Shown: positions 1-11,958, counted from the stretch's first letter. The stretch: 64,000 nucleotides of DNA from Microcoleus sp. (GCA_052279835.1 CP181291.1:5696001-5760000); one strand, 5' to 3'. The notes: generated by a model from the letters alone, not told the origin. Translations and numbers: made by a program.

Positions 1-235
1 GTACACTAAGCGAACGCATCACTAACAGGGGCTCGTTGACTATGTTTCCGTATTCATCTAAAAGTTCGGGATGTGGCACACTTTGAGAGCGAGAAGAGGA
101 TGCGTAGCGATTATGATGTCTAAATTGTTGAGGGCGCTGGGACTCCATCCCCACCGTAACTAAGCTGCGGATTAAGTTACCGACGGCCAGAAAGGCAAGA
201 ACGGTAAAAGCTAGGATATAAAGCAGATGTAACAT
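1..235 (-). CDS. DUF2973-like cyanobacterial protein, 3'-truncated by window edge
   Basis: Manual translation from ATG at 235: MLHLLYILAFTVLAFLAVGNLIRSL...DEYGNIVNEPLLVMRSLSV. Open to base 1 and absent from the ORF track. Confidence 0.75.
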   Translation of the reverse strand, partial: MLHLLYILAFTVLAFLAVGNLIRSLVTVGMESQRPQQFRHHNRYASSSRSQSVPHPELLDEYGNIVNEPLLVMRSLSV

Positions 236-390
236 GATTTTTTCCTCCGGGCTAAACAGCCACACAGCAATTTACAAATGTGTTTCAGCAATTAATAAAT
301 TATTAACTGGAAATCTTTTTGAGGTTGTCAAGTCTGCTGCCGATATTTCCTTGGTTGGGGATTTGACAGCGCGTTTAATTGGAAATCACC

Positions 391-720
391 TTATCTGCCA
401 AGCTTGGCCGACTGGGATGAGCGAAATCGCGACGATACTTGCCAGCATTCTGCCAGAAGCCTGTGCCACGGCATCAGGGCGGCGGTTTCAATCCCAACTT
501 GACCTCCGGTTGCTTGAAATAAAGCGATCGCAGCATTTACTTCTTGCTGAGCTTGTTCAACTCTCCCTAACAAGTCCGATTGTGCTTCACTGCTCAAAAA
601 GGTGATTTCCTCAGTTTCTAAAAGAGTTGCCGAGCGAGCAAACCAGTATTTAAAATCCTCTAACAGCGGTTGCAGTAAGGATTTTAGCAATTCGGCTTCC
701 GGCAAGTCGGGATTAAGCAT
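391..720 (-). CDS. DUF2605-like conserved cyanobacterial protein
   Basis: LLQPLLEDFKYWFARS...MPWHRLLAECW pattern; co-oriented with the DUF2973-like gene. Confidence 0.7.
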   Translation of the reverse strand: MLNPDLPEAELLKSLLQPLLEDFKYWFARSATLLETEEITFLSSEAQSDLLGRVEQAQQEVNAAIALFQATGGQVGIETAALMPWHRLLAECWQVSSRFRSSQSAKLGR

Positions 721-981
721 GGATCAAAATTGGGTTATTTATCTATTGTAATCTTAGATGCTATTTACAAATTGTAACATTTTTTTAACAAAAGTTCAAC
801 TTATTTACAATTGTTAAAGCCGACGAGGATTTGGGATTTGTGATGGGAGACGACAACCCTAGAGATGAATCCACGGCTTACACCAGGCTACTTTCGGTCA
901 ATTCCCCAGATACCCCAAAGCATTAAGTGGGCGGTTGCTCTCCCAATCTGAGTAAGATAGAACCCAGTGCAACTAAATTAA

Positions 982-2826
982 TTGCTAAATCAACCGATGT
1001 CTAGCTCAGAATCCCTTTCCGTTCCAGAACAGCCCGCTAAAATTGATTTGCCCCGCACCAGCGAGTCGGAGCAACTAAAAAAAATTCGCCACACTACATC
1101 CCATGTCATGGCGATGGCGGTGCAGAAATTGTTTCCCAAGGCCCAAGTCACCATTGGCCCTTGGATTGAAAACGGTTTTTACTATGACTTTGACACTCCC
1201 GAACCATTTACGGAACAGGATTTAAAAGCCATCAAAAAAGAGATGACCAAAATCATCAACCGCAAATTGCCTGTCATTCGCGAAGAAGTCAGCCGCGAAG
1301 AAGCAGAACGCAGAATTAAGGAGATTAATGAACCTTACAAATTAGAAATTTTAGCAGGTTTGATCGAACCCATTACTCTTTACCATTTGGGCGACGAATG
1401 GTGGGATTTGTGCGCTGGGCCTCACTTAGACAATACCAGTGAATTGAATCCAAAGGCGATCGAACTCGAAAGCCTAGCAGGAGCCTATTGGCGCGGGGAC
1501 GAAACCAAAGCCCAGCTACAACGCATTTACGGCACCGCCTGGGAAACCCCCGAACAATTAGCAGCCTACAAACACCGCAAAGAAGAAGCCCTAAGACGGG
1601 ATCACCGCAAATTAGGTAAAGAATTAGGCTTATTTATCTTCGCCGATGCAGTAGGTCCAGGCTTGCCTTTGTGGACACCAAAAGGCACTGTTTTGAGAAG
1701 TATTTTAGAAGATTACTTGAAACAGGAACAAATCAAACGCGGCTATCTGCAAGTAGTAACTCCCCACATCGCCAGAGTCGATTTATTCAAAATCTCTGGA
1801 CATTGGCAGAAATACAAAGAAGATATGTTTCCGCTGATGGCAGAAGATGAGGAAGCCGCAGCCAACGAACAGGGTTTTGTCATGAAACCCATGAATTGCC
1901 CCTTCCACATTCAAATTTACAAAAGCGAACTGCGCTCCTATCGGGAATTGCCGATGCGCTTAGCAGAATTCGGCACAGTTTACCGTTACGAACAATCGGG
2001 AGAATTGGGCGGTTTAACCAGAGTTCGTGGCTTTACAGTGGATGATTCTCACTTATTTGTCACCCCCGAACAATTGGATGCAGAATTTTTGAGCGTAGTA
2101 GATTTGATTCTGTCAGTATTCAAAAGTCTGCAACTCAAGAATTTTAAAGCCCGTTTGAGTTTCCGCGATCCGGACAATTTAGAGAAATATATCGGTTCCG
2201 ATGAAGCTTGGGAAAAAGCTCAGGGTGCGATTCGCCGCGCGGTGGAAACCTTGGGAATGAATTATTTTGAAGGAATTGGGGAAGCGGCTTTTTACGGCCC
2301 GAAACTCGACTTCATTTTCCAAGATGTTTTGGACCGCGAATGGCAATTAGGAACTGTTCAGGTAGATTACAATTTGCCCGATCGCTTTGACTTAGAATAT
2401 GTTGCTGAAGATGGCACTCGCAAGCGCCCGGTGATGATTCATCGCGCTCCTTTCGGTTCTTTGGAACGCTTGATCGGAATTTTGATCGAGCAGTATGCGG
2501 GGGATTTTCCACTATGGTTAGCGCCCATTCAAGTGCGTTTGTTACCTGTTAGCAGTGAATTCCTGCCCTTTGCCAAGGAAGTGGCTGCGAAGATGAAGGC
2601 AAAGGGCATTCGTGCTGAAGCTGATGAGAGTAATGAGCGTTTGGGTAAGTTGATTCGTAATGCAGAGAAGGATAAAATTCCGGTGATGGGTGTTGTCGGT
2701 GCTAAGGAAGTTGAGGCGAATAGTTTGAATATTCGGACTCGTGCTTCTGGGGAGTTGGGGGCGATTTTGGTTGATGAGGTGATGGTAAGATTACAGGCGG
2801 CTATTAGTAGTTACGGGGATTTTTAG
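982..2826 (+). CDS. thrS: Threonine--tRNA ligase
   Basis: DLCAGPH, RDHRKLG, KPMNCP and HRAPFGSLER motifs. Start may be ATG 997. Confidence 0.97.
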   Translation: MLNQPMSSSESLSVPEQPAKIDLPRTSESEQLKKIRHTTSHVMAMAVQKLFPKAQVTIGPWIENGFYYDFDTPEPFTEQDLKAIKKEMTKIINRKLPVIREEVSREEAERRIKEINEPYKLEILAGLIEPITLYHLGDEWWDLCAGPHLDNTSELNPKAIELESLAGAYWRGDETKAQLQRIYGTAWETPEQLAAYKHRKEEALRRDHRKLGKELGLFIFADAVGPGLPLWTPKGTVLRSILEDYLKQEQIKRGYLQVVTPHIARVDLFKISGHWQKYKEDMFPLMAEDEEAAANEQGFVMKPMNCPFHIQIYKSELRSYRELPMRLAEFGTVYRYEQSGELGGLTRVRGFTVDDSHLFVTPEQLDAEFLSVVDLILSVFKSLQLKNFKARLSFRDPDNLEKYIGSDEAWEKAQGAIRRAVETLGMNYFEGIGEAAFYGPKLDFIFQDVLDREWQLGTVQVDYNLPDRFDLEYVAEDGTRKRPVMIHRAPFGSLERLIGILIEQYAGDFPLWLAPIQVRLLPVSSEFLPFAKEVAAKMKAKGIRAEADESNERLGKLIRNAEKDKIPVMGVVGAKEVEANSLNIRTRASGELGAILVDEVMVRLQAAISSYGDF

Positions 2827-3101
2827 CGATTTTTTTTACCCCAGATGCACGGAGATTAACGCAGATGATATTTTGAGATTGTCTGCGTTTTTCTAATCGA
2901 CTGGGTAAAATAGTAGAATTAGCAGTCCTGGACGCAAAAAACCCGTTTTATTTGAAAAATCGTCGCTCTCTGGCCTGAGATATTGACGCAGAAACCGGGT
3001 TTTTGACCCCCCGTGCGTTCAGGAATGATCGAGGGCGGGTTTGAGAGTTTGTCAATTATTGGCAAATATTTTTGATGAAACCCGCCCTCACAAATTAATT
3101 T

Positions 3102-4418
3102 TTACAAAACTCGCAGAATACTAGCAATGCTATGAATGGATTCCATCGCCCTAATTTCTGCGATCGCCTGTTGGAAATTGCCTTCTTTAACATCGTGACT
3201 AACAACTACAATTTCTGCTAAATCGCCATGAATTCCCGTCTGCACAACAGATTGTAAACTAACTTTGTGGTTGCCGAAACAAGTCCCTAATTTGCCAATT
3301 ACCCCCGGAGTATCGCGAGTCAGGAAACGAGCATAAAACCGCGTTACCAGTTCGTCCATTTTTGCTATTTGGCAATAGTGTTGGTGATTGCAACTGAGCA
3401 AAGGATGGGGAATCGGAACAGTTTCGGTTTTCAGAATAGCTGCAATGTTCAGAATATCGGATACTACCGCACTAGCGGTGGGTCCGGCACCGGCACCGCG
3501 CCCGTACAGCATCAATTGCCCGATCGGCTCTCCTTCTACTAAAATTGCATTATAAACACCATTGACACTCGCCAGCGGATGAGTTTTTGACACGCAGGTA
3601 GGATGCACCCGAATGGAAATAAGTTCGTTTTCTTTATCCCCATTTTCTTGGGAAGTTTGGCAGTTGTTTTGAGCAATAGCTAGCAACTTAATTACAAATC
3701 CCAGTTTGTCTGCATAGTCAATATCAGAGGCCGTAACTTGTCTGATACCTTCGCAGTAAACATCTGCTAATTTAATCCGGCCTCCAAAAGCTAGGGAAGC
3801 TAAAATAGCGATTTTATCAGCAGCATCTAATCCGTCTACATCCGCTGTGGGGTCAGCTTCAGCGTAACCTAATTGCTGTGCGTCGGCGAGAACTTCAGCA
3901 AAGTCTGCACCTTCTGTTTGCATCCGTGTCAGGATGTAATTAGTTGTGCCGTTGACGATGCCAATCACGGTTTGAATGCGGTTTGCACCCAAGGATTGTT
4001 TGAGAGTTTGGATGACTGGAATGCCGCCACCGACAGCAGCTTCTAACATTACATAAACGCCTTTTGCGTTGGCTGCTTCAAATATTTCTTGACCATAGCG
4101 GGAAATCACAGCTTTGTTGGCGGTGACAACGTGCTTACCGTTAGCAATAGCCTGGAGAATGAGCGATCGGGCCGGTTCCAATCCCCCGATCAATTCTACT
4201 ACAATATCAACTTCCGGGTCAGTGACGATCGCTTCCAGGTCAGTTGTCAGCACATTTTCTGGCAATTGTAAAGACCGAGTTCGAGAAATATCGCGCACAC
4301 CCACCCGATAGATTTCCAATTCCTGCAACAGCGGATGGCGGCCATCTGTAGAGAGCAAAATCTCTGCCGTTCCCGCACCAACCGTACCTAAACCTAGCAA
4401 ACCAATTTTGAAACCCAC
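3102..4418 (-). CDS. hom: Homoserine dehydrogenase with C-terminal ACT domain
   Basis: GLGTVG, VVTANK, EAAVGGGIP, NGTTNYIL and GAGAGPTASAV motifs. Confidence 0.95.
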   Translation of the reverse strand: MGFKIGLLGLGTVGAGTAEILLSTDGRHPLLQELEIYRVGVRDISRTRSLQLPENVLTTDLEAIVTDPEVDIVVELIGGLEPARSLILQAIANGKHVVTANKAVISRYGQEIFEAANAKGVYVMLEAAVGGGIPVIQTLKQSLGANRIQTVIGIVNGTTNYILTRMQTEGADFAEVLADAQQLGYAEADPTADVDGLDAADKIAILASLAFGGRIKLADVYCEGIRQVTASDIDYADKLGFVIKLLAIAQNNCQTSQENGDKENELISIRVHPTCVSKTHPLASVNGVYNAILVEGEPIGQLMLYGRGAGAGPTASAVVSDILNIAAILKTETVPIPHPLLSCNHQHYCQIAKMDELVTRFYARFLTRDTPGVIGKLGTCFGNHKVSLQSVVQTGIHGDLAEIVVVSHDVKEGNFQQAIAEIRAMESIHSIASILRVL

Positions 4419-4534
4419 GACTTTGACCCGTTGAAACTGACTTAACCTACAATCATTGTATGATATTCCTGCATTGACAGAATAGCATCCCCGACTTCTT
4501 AAAGAAGTCAGGGATCTAATTTGATATCAGCATT

Positions 4535-5248
4535 CTAAAGTTCTGAATCCATATTTACCCCCATTTCTCGGAGTCGCTGGGCCAATCTTTCGACTTGCTG
4601 TCCCAGTTTCTGATTTTGCTGTTCTAGCTGCTGTCGCTGTGCTTGTTCTTCTCGAATTAAATCTTCTACTAGCGGCCCAGAGAGCACTTCATTCACCGAT
4701 AAAATAAATTCAGGGAACTGTACAGACTGAACCTGCTGTCCCGGCAAAAATTCCTGGTGAGAATAACCGCCTTCATTGTCGGGACGGCTACACACTCGTA
4801 TTTTGAGTAAATTGGGGTCTACGATCCAATATTCGAGGATATCAATTAAGTCATATTCTGCCCGTTTACGGATGTAGTCATCCCGCCAATTTTGACTGGT
4901 AACTTCTATCACTAACAGTGGTTTTTCTTCAAAGTCCAAGACTGCCGAACCAGCTTGGACACAGACTTGTTCCCAAAGACTCTGAGTGCAAATCATCACA
5001 TCAGGAACTCGCGAAGAATTTTCCTCGGTTCGGACTGCGGTAGTGACAACGGCAACTAGCGGCAGGTTATGTGTGGCAAAAAAGCGCCGGAACTGGTAAA
5101 CTAAAAATTCACAAATTTTGATATGTATAGCTGTGGGTGTTGGCATTTCGATGAGATGTCCCCGATATAATTCATAACAAACACCTGATTCTCCCTCATA
5201 GTTCAGATACTCTTCAAAAGTCAGTTGTTGGGTAGAAATTAAAATCAT
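4535..5248 (-). CDS. Uma2 family endonuclease
   Basis: LTFEEYL...YEL..G.L.EMP, PDV, IEVTS, EYWIVDP; coiled-coil tail. Confidence 0.9.
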   Translation of the reverse strand: MILISTQQLTFEEYLNYEGESGVCYELYRGHLIEMPTPTAIHIKICEFLVYQFRRFFATHNLPLVAVVTTAVRTEENSSRVPDVMICTQSLWEQVCVQAGSAVLDFEEKPLLVIEVTSQNWRDDYIRKRAEYDLIDILEYWIVDPNLLKIRVCSRPDNEGGYSHQEFLPGQQVQSVQFPEFILSVNEVLSGPLVEDLIREEQAQRQQLEQQNQKLGQQVERLAQRLREMGVNMDSEL

Positions 5249-5625
5249 GTCAATTATCTCCCCTTTTCGGTGCGCTTACTTTATATTTTACACTTTAAAC
5301 TCTTGTTGTGTGGGCATTCTGTAATATCTAATCCGGTAGCATCGTCCTGTATTCATCTCTCTTATCTCCCTCTGTGTTCTGGAGCGTTCTAGTAAGGTTA
5401 AATCACCTGACGATGCAACCGGAAACCATATAATATCTCGATCCCCCTCGCATCCCCCACCCCCCCCCAAGGGGGGAAAAAAGGGCAGGGCTGTTTCATT
5501 CTCAGATAAATCATCGTTTTGTAGGGGTAGTGCCACCGTGCCTACCCTCCCCGTCCACGATATCGAATTCTATGCAGCCTCATAAAAAATTGGTATAACT
5601 ATCAACTGCTATACCAGTCTAAAAC

Positions 5626-5659
5626 AGTTGTAGGGCGAGCAAAGCCCGCCCTACAACTG
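5626..5659. terminator. GTAG-type palindrome downstream of petH, probable terminator or REP
   Basis: cagttgtagggcgagc-aaa-gcccgccctacaactg inverted repeat. Confidence 0.55.
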
Positions 5660-5679
5660 AGATTAAATCACCTTACACA

Positions 5680-6912
<1,233 letters not shown>

Positions 6913-7620
6913 TTATAAAGATAGAGAATGTGACCGTAGACTCAATTTACTTTTTTCTTAAGGTCATCGGGACTAATTGGTCGCGTTAATCTTTGAGCCT
7001 CGCCGCCCTGGGCGGGTGTGTCAAGTTTTGCTCGCTCGCGTCCCCAATTCCCAATTAGCCAAACACGCCCACGAACCTCGCCCGGTTGCGTTCAGGTGTT
7101 GACTTATAGCTATTGTTGTCTGCGTACTGCGACTATTTTACCCGATCGGGGGTGCAGCCCCGATAAACAGCGTTAATTCTCAAATCTCAAATCCCCAATC
7201 TCAAATCGACGTTGAGCTTGTAGGGGGCGATCGCATTCTGGTAAGATTAACTACTAAAGTAGTGTTAATAGATCTTAGGGTCTTATGCCCAAGCAATCCC
7301 AAATGCCTTGTGCCATGGGATAGGGAGCTGTGTAGTTCAGCCCAGGCGGGTCAATTCGCTGGAAGTAAAAAAGAAAGGAGAAGGATTCACGCCTCCATGT
7401 CATACATAAATGACTATACTTTTACAAGCTATTAATTACTTGCCTTGAAAATTGCTTGGGTCTTCCTTAGCAGGCAGTCAACAGACTGCTTTATGGTGGT
7501 TTTGCTCGATCCCGTCGGGGTAGCAAAGCCACATCAAGCCTGCTGGTAGCTACCTGTGGGCTGCAATTTTGTGGAATCTACACTTGAGTTAGTAAACAGT
7601 GATTTTTTTAGAGGGAAACT

Positions 7621-8625
7621 ATGACAACTAAGCCGGATCGCGTGGTTTTAATTGGCGTTGCCGGAGACTCCGGGTGCGGAAAATCTACCTTTTTGCGCCG
7701 ATTGACAGATTTGTTCGGGGAAGATTTCGTTACCGTGATCTGTCTGGACGACTATCATTGTCTCGATCGCAAACAGCGCAAAGAAACAGGGATTACCGCC
7801 CTTGACCCCAGAGCCAACAATTTCGACCTGATGGCCGAGCAAATGAAAGCGCTCAAAGAAGGCCGAGGAATCGACAAACCGATTTACAACCACGAAACCG
7901 GCCTGCTCGATCCTCCTGAGCGCGTGGAGCCGAATCATGTGATCGTGATTGAAGGATTGCACCCGTTGTATGATGAGCGAGTGCGATCGCTCCTCGACTT
8001 CAGCGTCTACCTCGACATCAGCGACGAAGTAAAAATCGCTTGGAAAATCCAGCGCGACATGGCGGAACGGGGCCACCGTTACGAAGACGTGCTGTTTGCG
8101 ATCAACGCTCGCAAACCAGACTTTACGGCTTACATCGACCCACAAAAGCAATATGCCGATGTGGTAATTCAAGTATTGCCGACCAATCTAATTAAGGATG
8201 ACAAAGAGCGGAAGGTTCTGCGGGTGCAGATGATCCAGCGCGAAGGCATCGCCAATTTTGAACCTGCGTATTTGTTTGATGAAGGTTCAACAATTAACTG
8301 GGTTCCTTGCGGCCGGAAACTAACTTGTTCCTATCCCGGAATTAAGATGTATTACGGACCAGACTCTTTCTACGGCCACGAAGTATCGATTTTGGAAGTA
8401 GACGGTCAGTTTGAAAATCTCGAAGAAGTGATTTACATCGAGAGCCATTTGAGCAAGACTTCTGCGAAGTATGAAGGCGAGTTAACTCACCTATTGCTTC
8501 AGCACCGCGAATATCCTGGTTCCAATAATGGAACTGGTTTGTTCCAAGTGTTGGTGGGATTGAAAATGCGGGCGACTTACGAGAAGTTGACTGCGAAGGA
8601 ATCGAAAGTAGCTGTTAGTGTTTAG
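7621..8625 (+). CDS. prk: Phosphoribulokinase
   Basis: GVAGDSGCGKSTF, ICLDDYH, KIQRDMAERGH, CGRKLTCS. Confidence 0.97.
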   Translation: MTTKPDRVVLIGVAGDSGCGKSTFLRRLTDLFGEDFVTVICLDDYHCLDRKQRKETGITALDPRANNFDLMAEQMKALKEGRGIDKPIYNHETGLLDPPERVEPNHVIVIEGLHPLYDERVRSLLDFSVYLDISDEVKIAWKIQRDMAERGHRYEDVLFAINARKPDFTAYIDPQKQYADVVIQVLPTNLIKDDKERKVLRVQMIQREGIANFEPAYLFDEGSTINWVPCGRKLTCSYPGIKMYYGPDSFYGHEVSILEVDGQFENLEEVIYIESHLSKTSAKYEGELTHLLLQHREYPGSNNGTGLFQVLVGLKMRATYEKLTAKESKVAVSV

Positions 8626-8647
8626 AACCAGAAAATGAAAGATTTGG

Positions 8648-8673
8648 GAGGCGCAATTGCGCCTCTTTTTTTT
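8648..8673 (+). terminator. Intrinsic terminator of prk
   Basis: gaggcgc-aatt-gcgcctc followed by a T run. Confidence 0.8.
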
Positions 8674-8683
8674 GAAGAGAAAT

Positions 8684-8712
8684 GAACCGCAGAGAGCGCA
8701 GAGGGCGCAGAG
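8684..8712. repeat. Solo copy of the GxxExxY-associated (CGCAGAG)n repeat
   Basis: gaaccgcagagagcgcagagggcgcagag is nearly the reverse complement of the right-arm motif in the 13.8-15.2 kb array. Confidence 0.75.
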
Positions 8713-8717
8713 AAGAG

Positions 8718-9914
8718 TTAGGAGAGGGTGTTTGGAGGTAGAGAGGTTAAGAAGGTTTTTCCGGCTTCATTGAGATCGTCATCTAGGGAAAAGGTTAGAC
8801 TGCGAACTTGGATATCACCATGTTTTATGTTTAGTGGCTGTTGGAGGTTTTGCGGGTAGATGAGAATTGCATTTTGGCAGTTTAACGCATTGGCGTAGGC
8901 GACTATTTGATGAATGTCATTATTGTCTACTTTATCGGGAGCTTTGTATTTTGTATCGAGGACATAGTGGACTTTTTTTGTTGCAATATCGCAGAGGAGT
9001 AAGTCAATCCGATAGGAATAATTTTGGTCATGGGTGACTGGGTGTTGTTGTTTGACAAAAAAGCCTTTTGGTGTATTTGGTTTGAGCCATTCAGCGACAA
9101 ATTGTTCATATAAATTGGCCATGTTTATCAGAAAAGGGAGCATTTCGCGATCGCCCGTTTCGTGACTAGGCCCTGTGTTATCTAAAAAAAACCGACATAA
9201 GGCGTGTAAAAGTTGATAATCTTGATTCAAACGGTGATAAGTGCGATCGACACAGGCTTCAGATTTAAAAGGTTTTAATGTCACAAATCCTTGGAGTGCG
9301 TGAAAGGTTTTTCGCACAGTGGATGAAACAGATTCACCGCACAAACCGCTGCGGCCAATGATGAATAGTGTCCAAGCGAGTATTTGATTATCTTCGATAT
9401 CGCCTGTTTGTTCGTGATAGTGGCATTTTAGTTTAACATCCCAAGGTTTTTGCAGGGCTGACCGCAAATCGACGCGGCCGCGAATGTAGGCGAGTCTTTC
9501 GGTTTTGGATAAGTAATCGCGATACAATCCTTTGCGACAGCGTTCTAGAATTTTTTGAGCAAGAATGTTAGCTAATCTCTCGTAAATTTGTTTTAAAGAT
9601 TGGCACTGAATCGATCCTTGGGGAAATTTTATCTTAAGGTTGTAGGCATATTCAAGCATTCCGAATAAGTTGTTTATGGGAACCTTTGGGCGGATAGCAA
9701 TGTGAAAATCGGGAGTGATGGGAATGTTGCCAACTCTGCCTTTAGATTTTAATTCCCATTGATCTTTTGTTTTACGGTTGGGAAATTCTATGTCGATTTC
9801 CTTGCCATAATTCTGGTGTATTTTATCTCCTACTGATTCGGGGATAAAATCTCGTTCAAAAGTGGCTAATTGATATTCTGTAAGTTCGATAATTTGGCGT
9901 GATTCTCGTTTCAT
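8718..9914 (-). CDS. mcrC: McrC-family restriction nuclease subunit
   Basis: NLFGMLEYAY, NMANLYEQFV, ID...VLDTKYK and DIHQIVAYA PD-(D/E)XK motifs; directly follows mcrB. Confidence 0.85.
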   Translation of the reverse strand: MKRESRQIIELTEYQLATFERDFIPESVGDKIHQNYGKEIDIEFPNRKTKDQWELKSKGRVGNIPITPDFHIAIRPKVPINNLFGMLEYAYNLKIKFPQGSIQCQSLKQIYERLANILAQKILERCRKGLYRDYLSKTERLAYIRGRVDLRSALQKPWDVKLKCHYHEQTGDIEDNQILAWTLFIIGRSGLCGESVSSTVRKTFHALQGFVTLKPFKSEACVDRTYHRLNQDYQLLHALCRFFLDNTGPSHETGDREMLPFLINMANLYEQFVAEWLKPNTPKGFFVKQQHPVTHDQNYSYRIDLLLCDIATKKVHYVLDTKYKAPDKVDNNDIHQIVAYANALNCQNAILIYPQNLQQPLNIKHGDIQVRSLTFSLDDDLNEAGKTFLTSLPPNTLS

Positions 9915-9921
9915 AAGATTA

Positions 9922-11640
9922 TCACTGGCTCAATTTATCTTGAATTTTATTCCAGAGAAATTCATCCATTTTTGCCTGGTCATCAAAGAAGTATTCTTCG
10001 AGGTATGGCTCAATTTCCATTTGCCAAATATCTTGGATATCTTCAGCTAATGTTTTTGTCAAAAAGAAGGAGATGCCGAGTTCATAATGTTTGTTGTTAA
10101 TTGTCCGATTGATATTTTTGAGAAGACCAATTAATTTATCAACTATAAAACCTGTTTCCTCTCTCTGGTGATACTGTCGCAGGACTTCATAGTTAGGAGA
10201 AAGAGAGATGAATGCGAAGCGGCGACGGAGTGCATTATCAACTAAGGCAATAGAACGGTCTGCGGTGTTCATTGTGCCGATGATGCGGACATTTGTAGGG
10301 ATTCTAAACTGTTTACCGCTGGCTAGTGTAATAAAGCGCTCTGTGTCTTGTCGGTCATCTAGGAGATACATTAATTCGCCAAAGACTTGAGAAAGATTTG
10401 CGCGATTAATTTCATCAATAATGAGAACGCAAGTATCTTCACGGGCTTCGGCTTGTTCGCAAAATCCGAGGAATCTACCGGGAACTATTGAGTAGGTTAA
10501 TTGTCCGTTTTGAGTTATTGGGCGGAGGCCTTCGATAAAGTCTTCGTAGGTGTAGGCGGGGTGAAATTGGATAATGTCTGAGAAACCGTCACCACCGCCG
10601 ATTAAGTGTTTGGCTAGTTTTTCAGCAATGAAGGTTTTTCCGGTTCCGGGCGGGCCTTGTAAGATGGCTTGGCCTTTGCGGTGAATGGCGTGTATCCATT
10701 GAGTTAGTTGATTTGTTTTAAAACCAGTAGTTTCTGAAATTTCTTCTAATTGATACACTGGGCTAAATTCCTTTTTAGAGATTGAAAGATATTCATCGAG
10801 TAGAAGAGGTAAATCCGGGTCATCGTAGAGACTAGAAATTAAAAATAATGGAAATATCTTTTTAAATATTTGCGCTATTTTATAAATTAGTTGTTGGGCA
10901 GAATATTCTAATATTTGTTGTGATTCAAGTGATATACCAGCAAAAATATCACCAAACAAAACGTCTTCAAATTTTTCAGATTGTTGTGAATCGACAGGAA
11001 CATTTTCCAAGATATTTTCTAATAACTCATACAAATTTTTCTCGGATTTCATTTGGCAATAAATACCCTTCAGGTCGAAATCATAAAAAAAATGCTCGTT
11101 GTCATCAAAATCTTCCTCTATCCAGCTAGATTTTAAAGAAAAATGATGTTGTTTATTACTCAAGTTATAGCATTTGAGGATTTCGATAAAATCAACGTCT
11201 TCTCTATATTCTTCTTTGTAGTTATATAGCATTAACTGAAACACATTTTCTTTTACCTCCAAACCAAAAGTTAATCTCTGATCTTCAACTTTTAACATTA
11301 ACTGAGGAGCTTGGAGAGGAATCATACTGTTAAAAATACAGTAGTCTACCCTATAGACTATATATACCGGATATTTTGATGAATCAATGACGCAACAGCT
11401 CTCATACTTAATATTTATATACTTTTTAATAAAATCAGGTAAATGCTCTTCTACCTGGCTTAAAATATACTTTACTGGTTCTTCTACATATTTTAAAAAA
11501 TCTTTTTTGTGCGTTATGCGAAAATCTGAGCTTGGGTTTTCATAAAATTGTGCCAATAAGCTAAATGTCTCTGCTGAAAAAGGACATTCAGGATGTACAA
11601 AAACTTTTTCCATTTTTTCTGTAGGTTTAAGGTGACTCAA
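9922..11640 (-). CDS. mcrB: McrB-family AAA+ GTPase
   Basis: GPPGTGKT, QFHPAYTYEDF, IIDEINRAN, TMNTADRS and ALRRRF motifs; unrecognised AT-rich N-terminal half. Confidence 0.9.
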   Translation of the reverse strand: MSHLKPTEKMEKVFVHPECPFSAETFSLLAQFYENPSSDFRITHKKDFLKYVEEPVKYILSQVEEHLPDFIKKYINIKYESCCVIDSSKYPVYIVYRVDYCIFNSMIPLQAPQLMLKVEDQRLTFGLEVKENVFQLMLYNYKEEYREDVDFIEILKCYNLSNKQHHFSLKSSWIEEDFDDNEHFFYDFDLKGIYCQMKSEKNLYELLENILENVPVDSQQSEKFEDVLFGDIFAGISLESQQILEYSAQQLIYKIAQIFKKIFPLFLISSLYDDPDLPLLLDEYLSISKKEFSPVYQLEEISETTGFKTNQLTQWIHAIHRKGQAILQGPPGTGKTFIAEKLAKHLIGGGDGFSDIIQFHPAYTYEDFIEGLRPITQNGQLTYSIVPGRFLGFCEQAEAREDTCVLIIDEINRANLSQVFGELMYLLDDRQDTERFITLASGKQFRIPTNVRIIGTMNTADRSIALVDNALRRRFAFISLSPNYEVLRQYHQREETGFIVDKLIGLLKNINRTINNKHYELGISFFLTKTLAEDIQDIWQMEIEPYLEEYFFDDQAKMDEFLWNKIQDKLSQ

Positions 11641-11811
11641 TTGTTGTTCCTAAATTATTGTAGCCGATCGCCCTTTCCGACACCGGATATCTGAGATGCG
11701 ATCGCACCCCCCATCCTTACCCACATCAATAGCCCTCCCAAACCAGTAACACAGGCAAAACCCCTAACAACTCTTCCCGGAAAATTTAAACTTGCGCCGA
11801 GTGACTCAGAT

Positions 11812-11958
11812 TTACCAAATTGTCTCTATAGTCGATAATTGAATCCGGCGATCGCGACTAATAACAGGTACATTAAGATACAAAGCAGTAGCAGCAATAA
11901 TGCGATCGGGCAAATCGGGAATTTGCGATCGGTCAACTTGCCTTAAACATTGTAGCAT
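11812..11958 (-). pseudogene. C-terminal fragment of a PIN/VapC toxin
   Basis: Manual translation (48 aa): MLQCLRQVDRSQIPDLPDRIIAATALYLNVPVISRDRRIQLSTIETIW*. D-R-I-I-A-A-T-A...SRD is the PIN C-terminal motif; the N-terminal part is missing. Confidence 0.75.

Noticed and set aside
5288..5536. 82-aa ORF
   Set aside because: It starts within REP and C/G palindrome repeats and has no recognisable motif.
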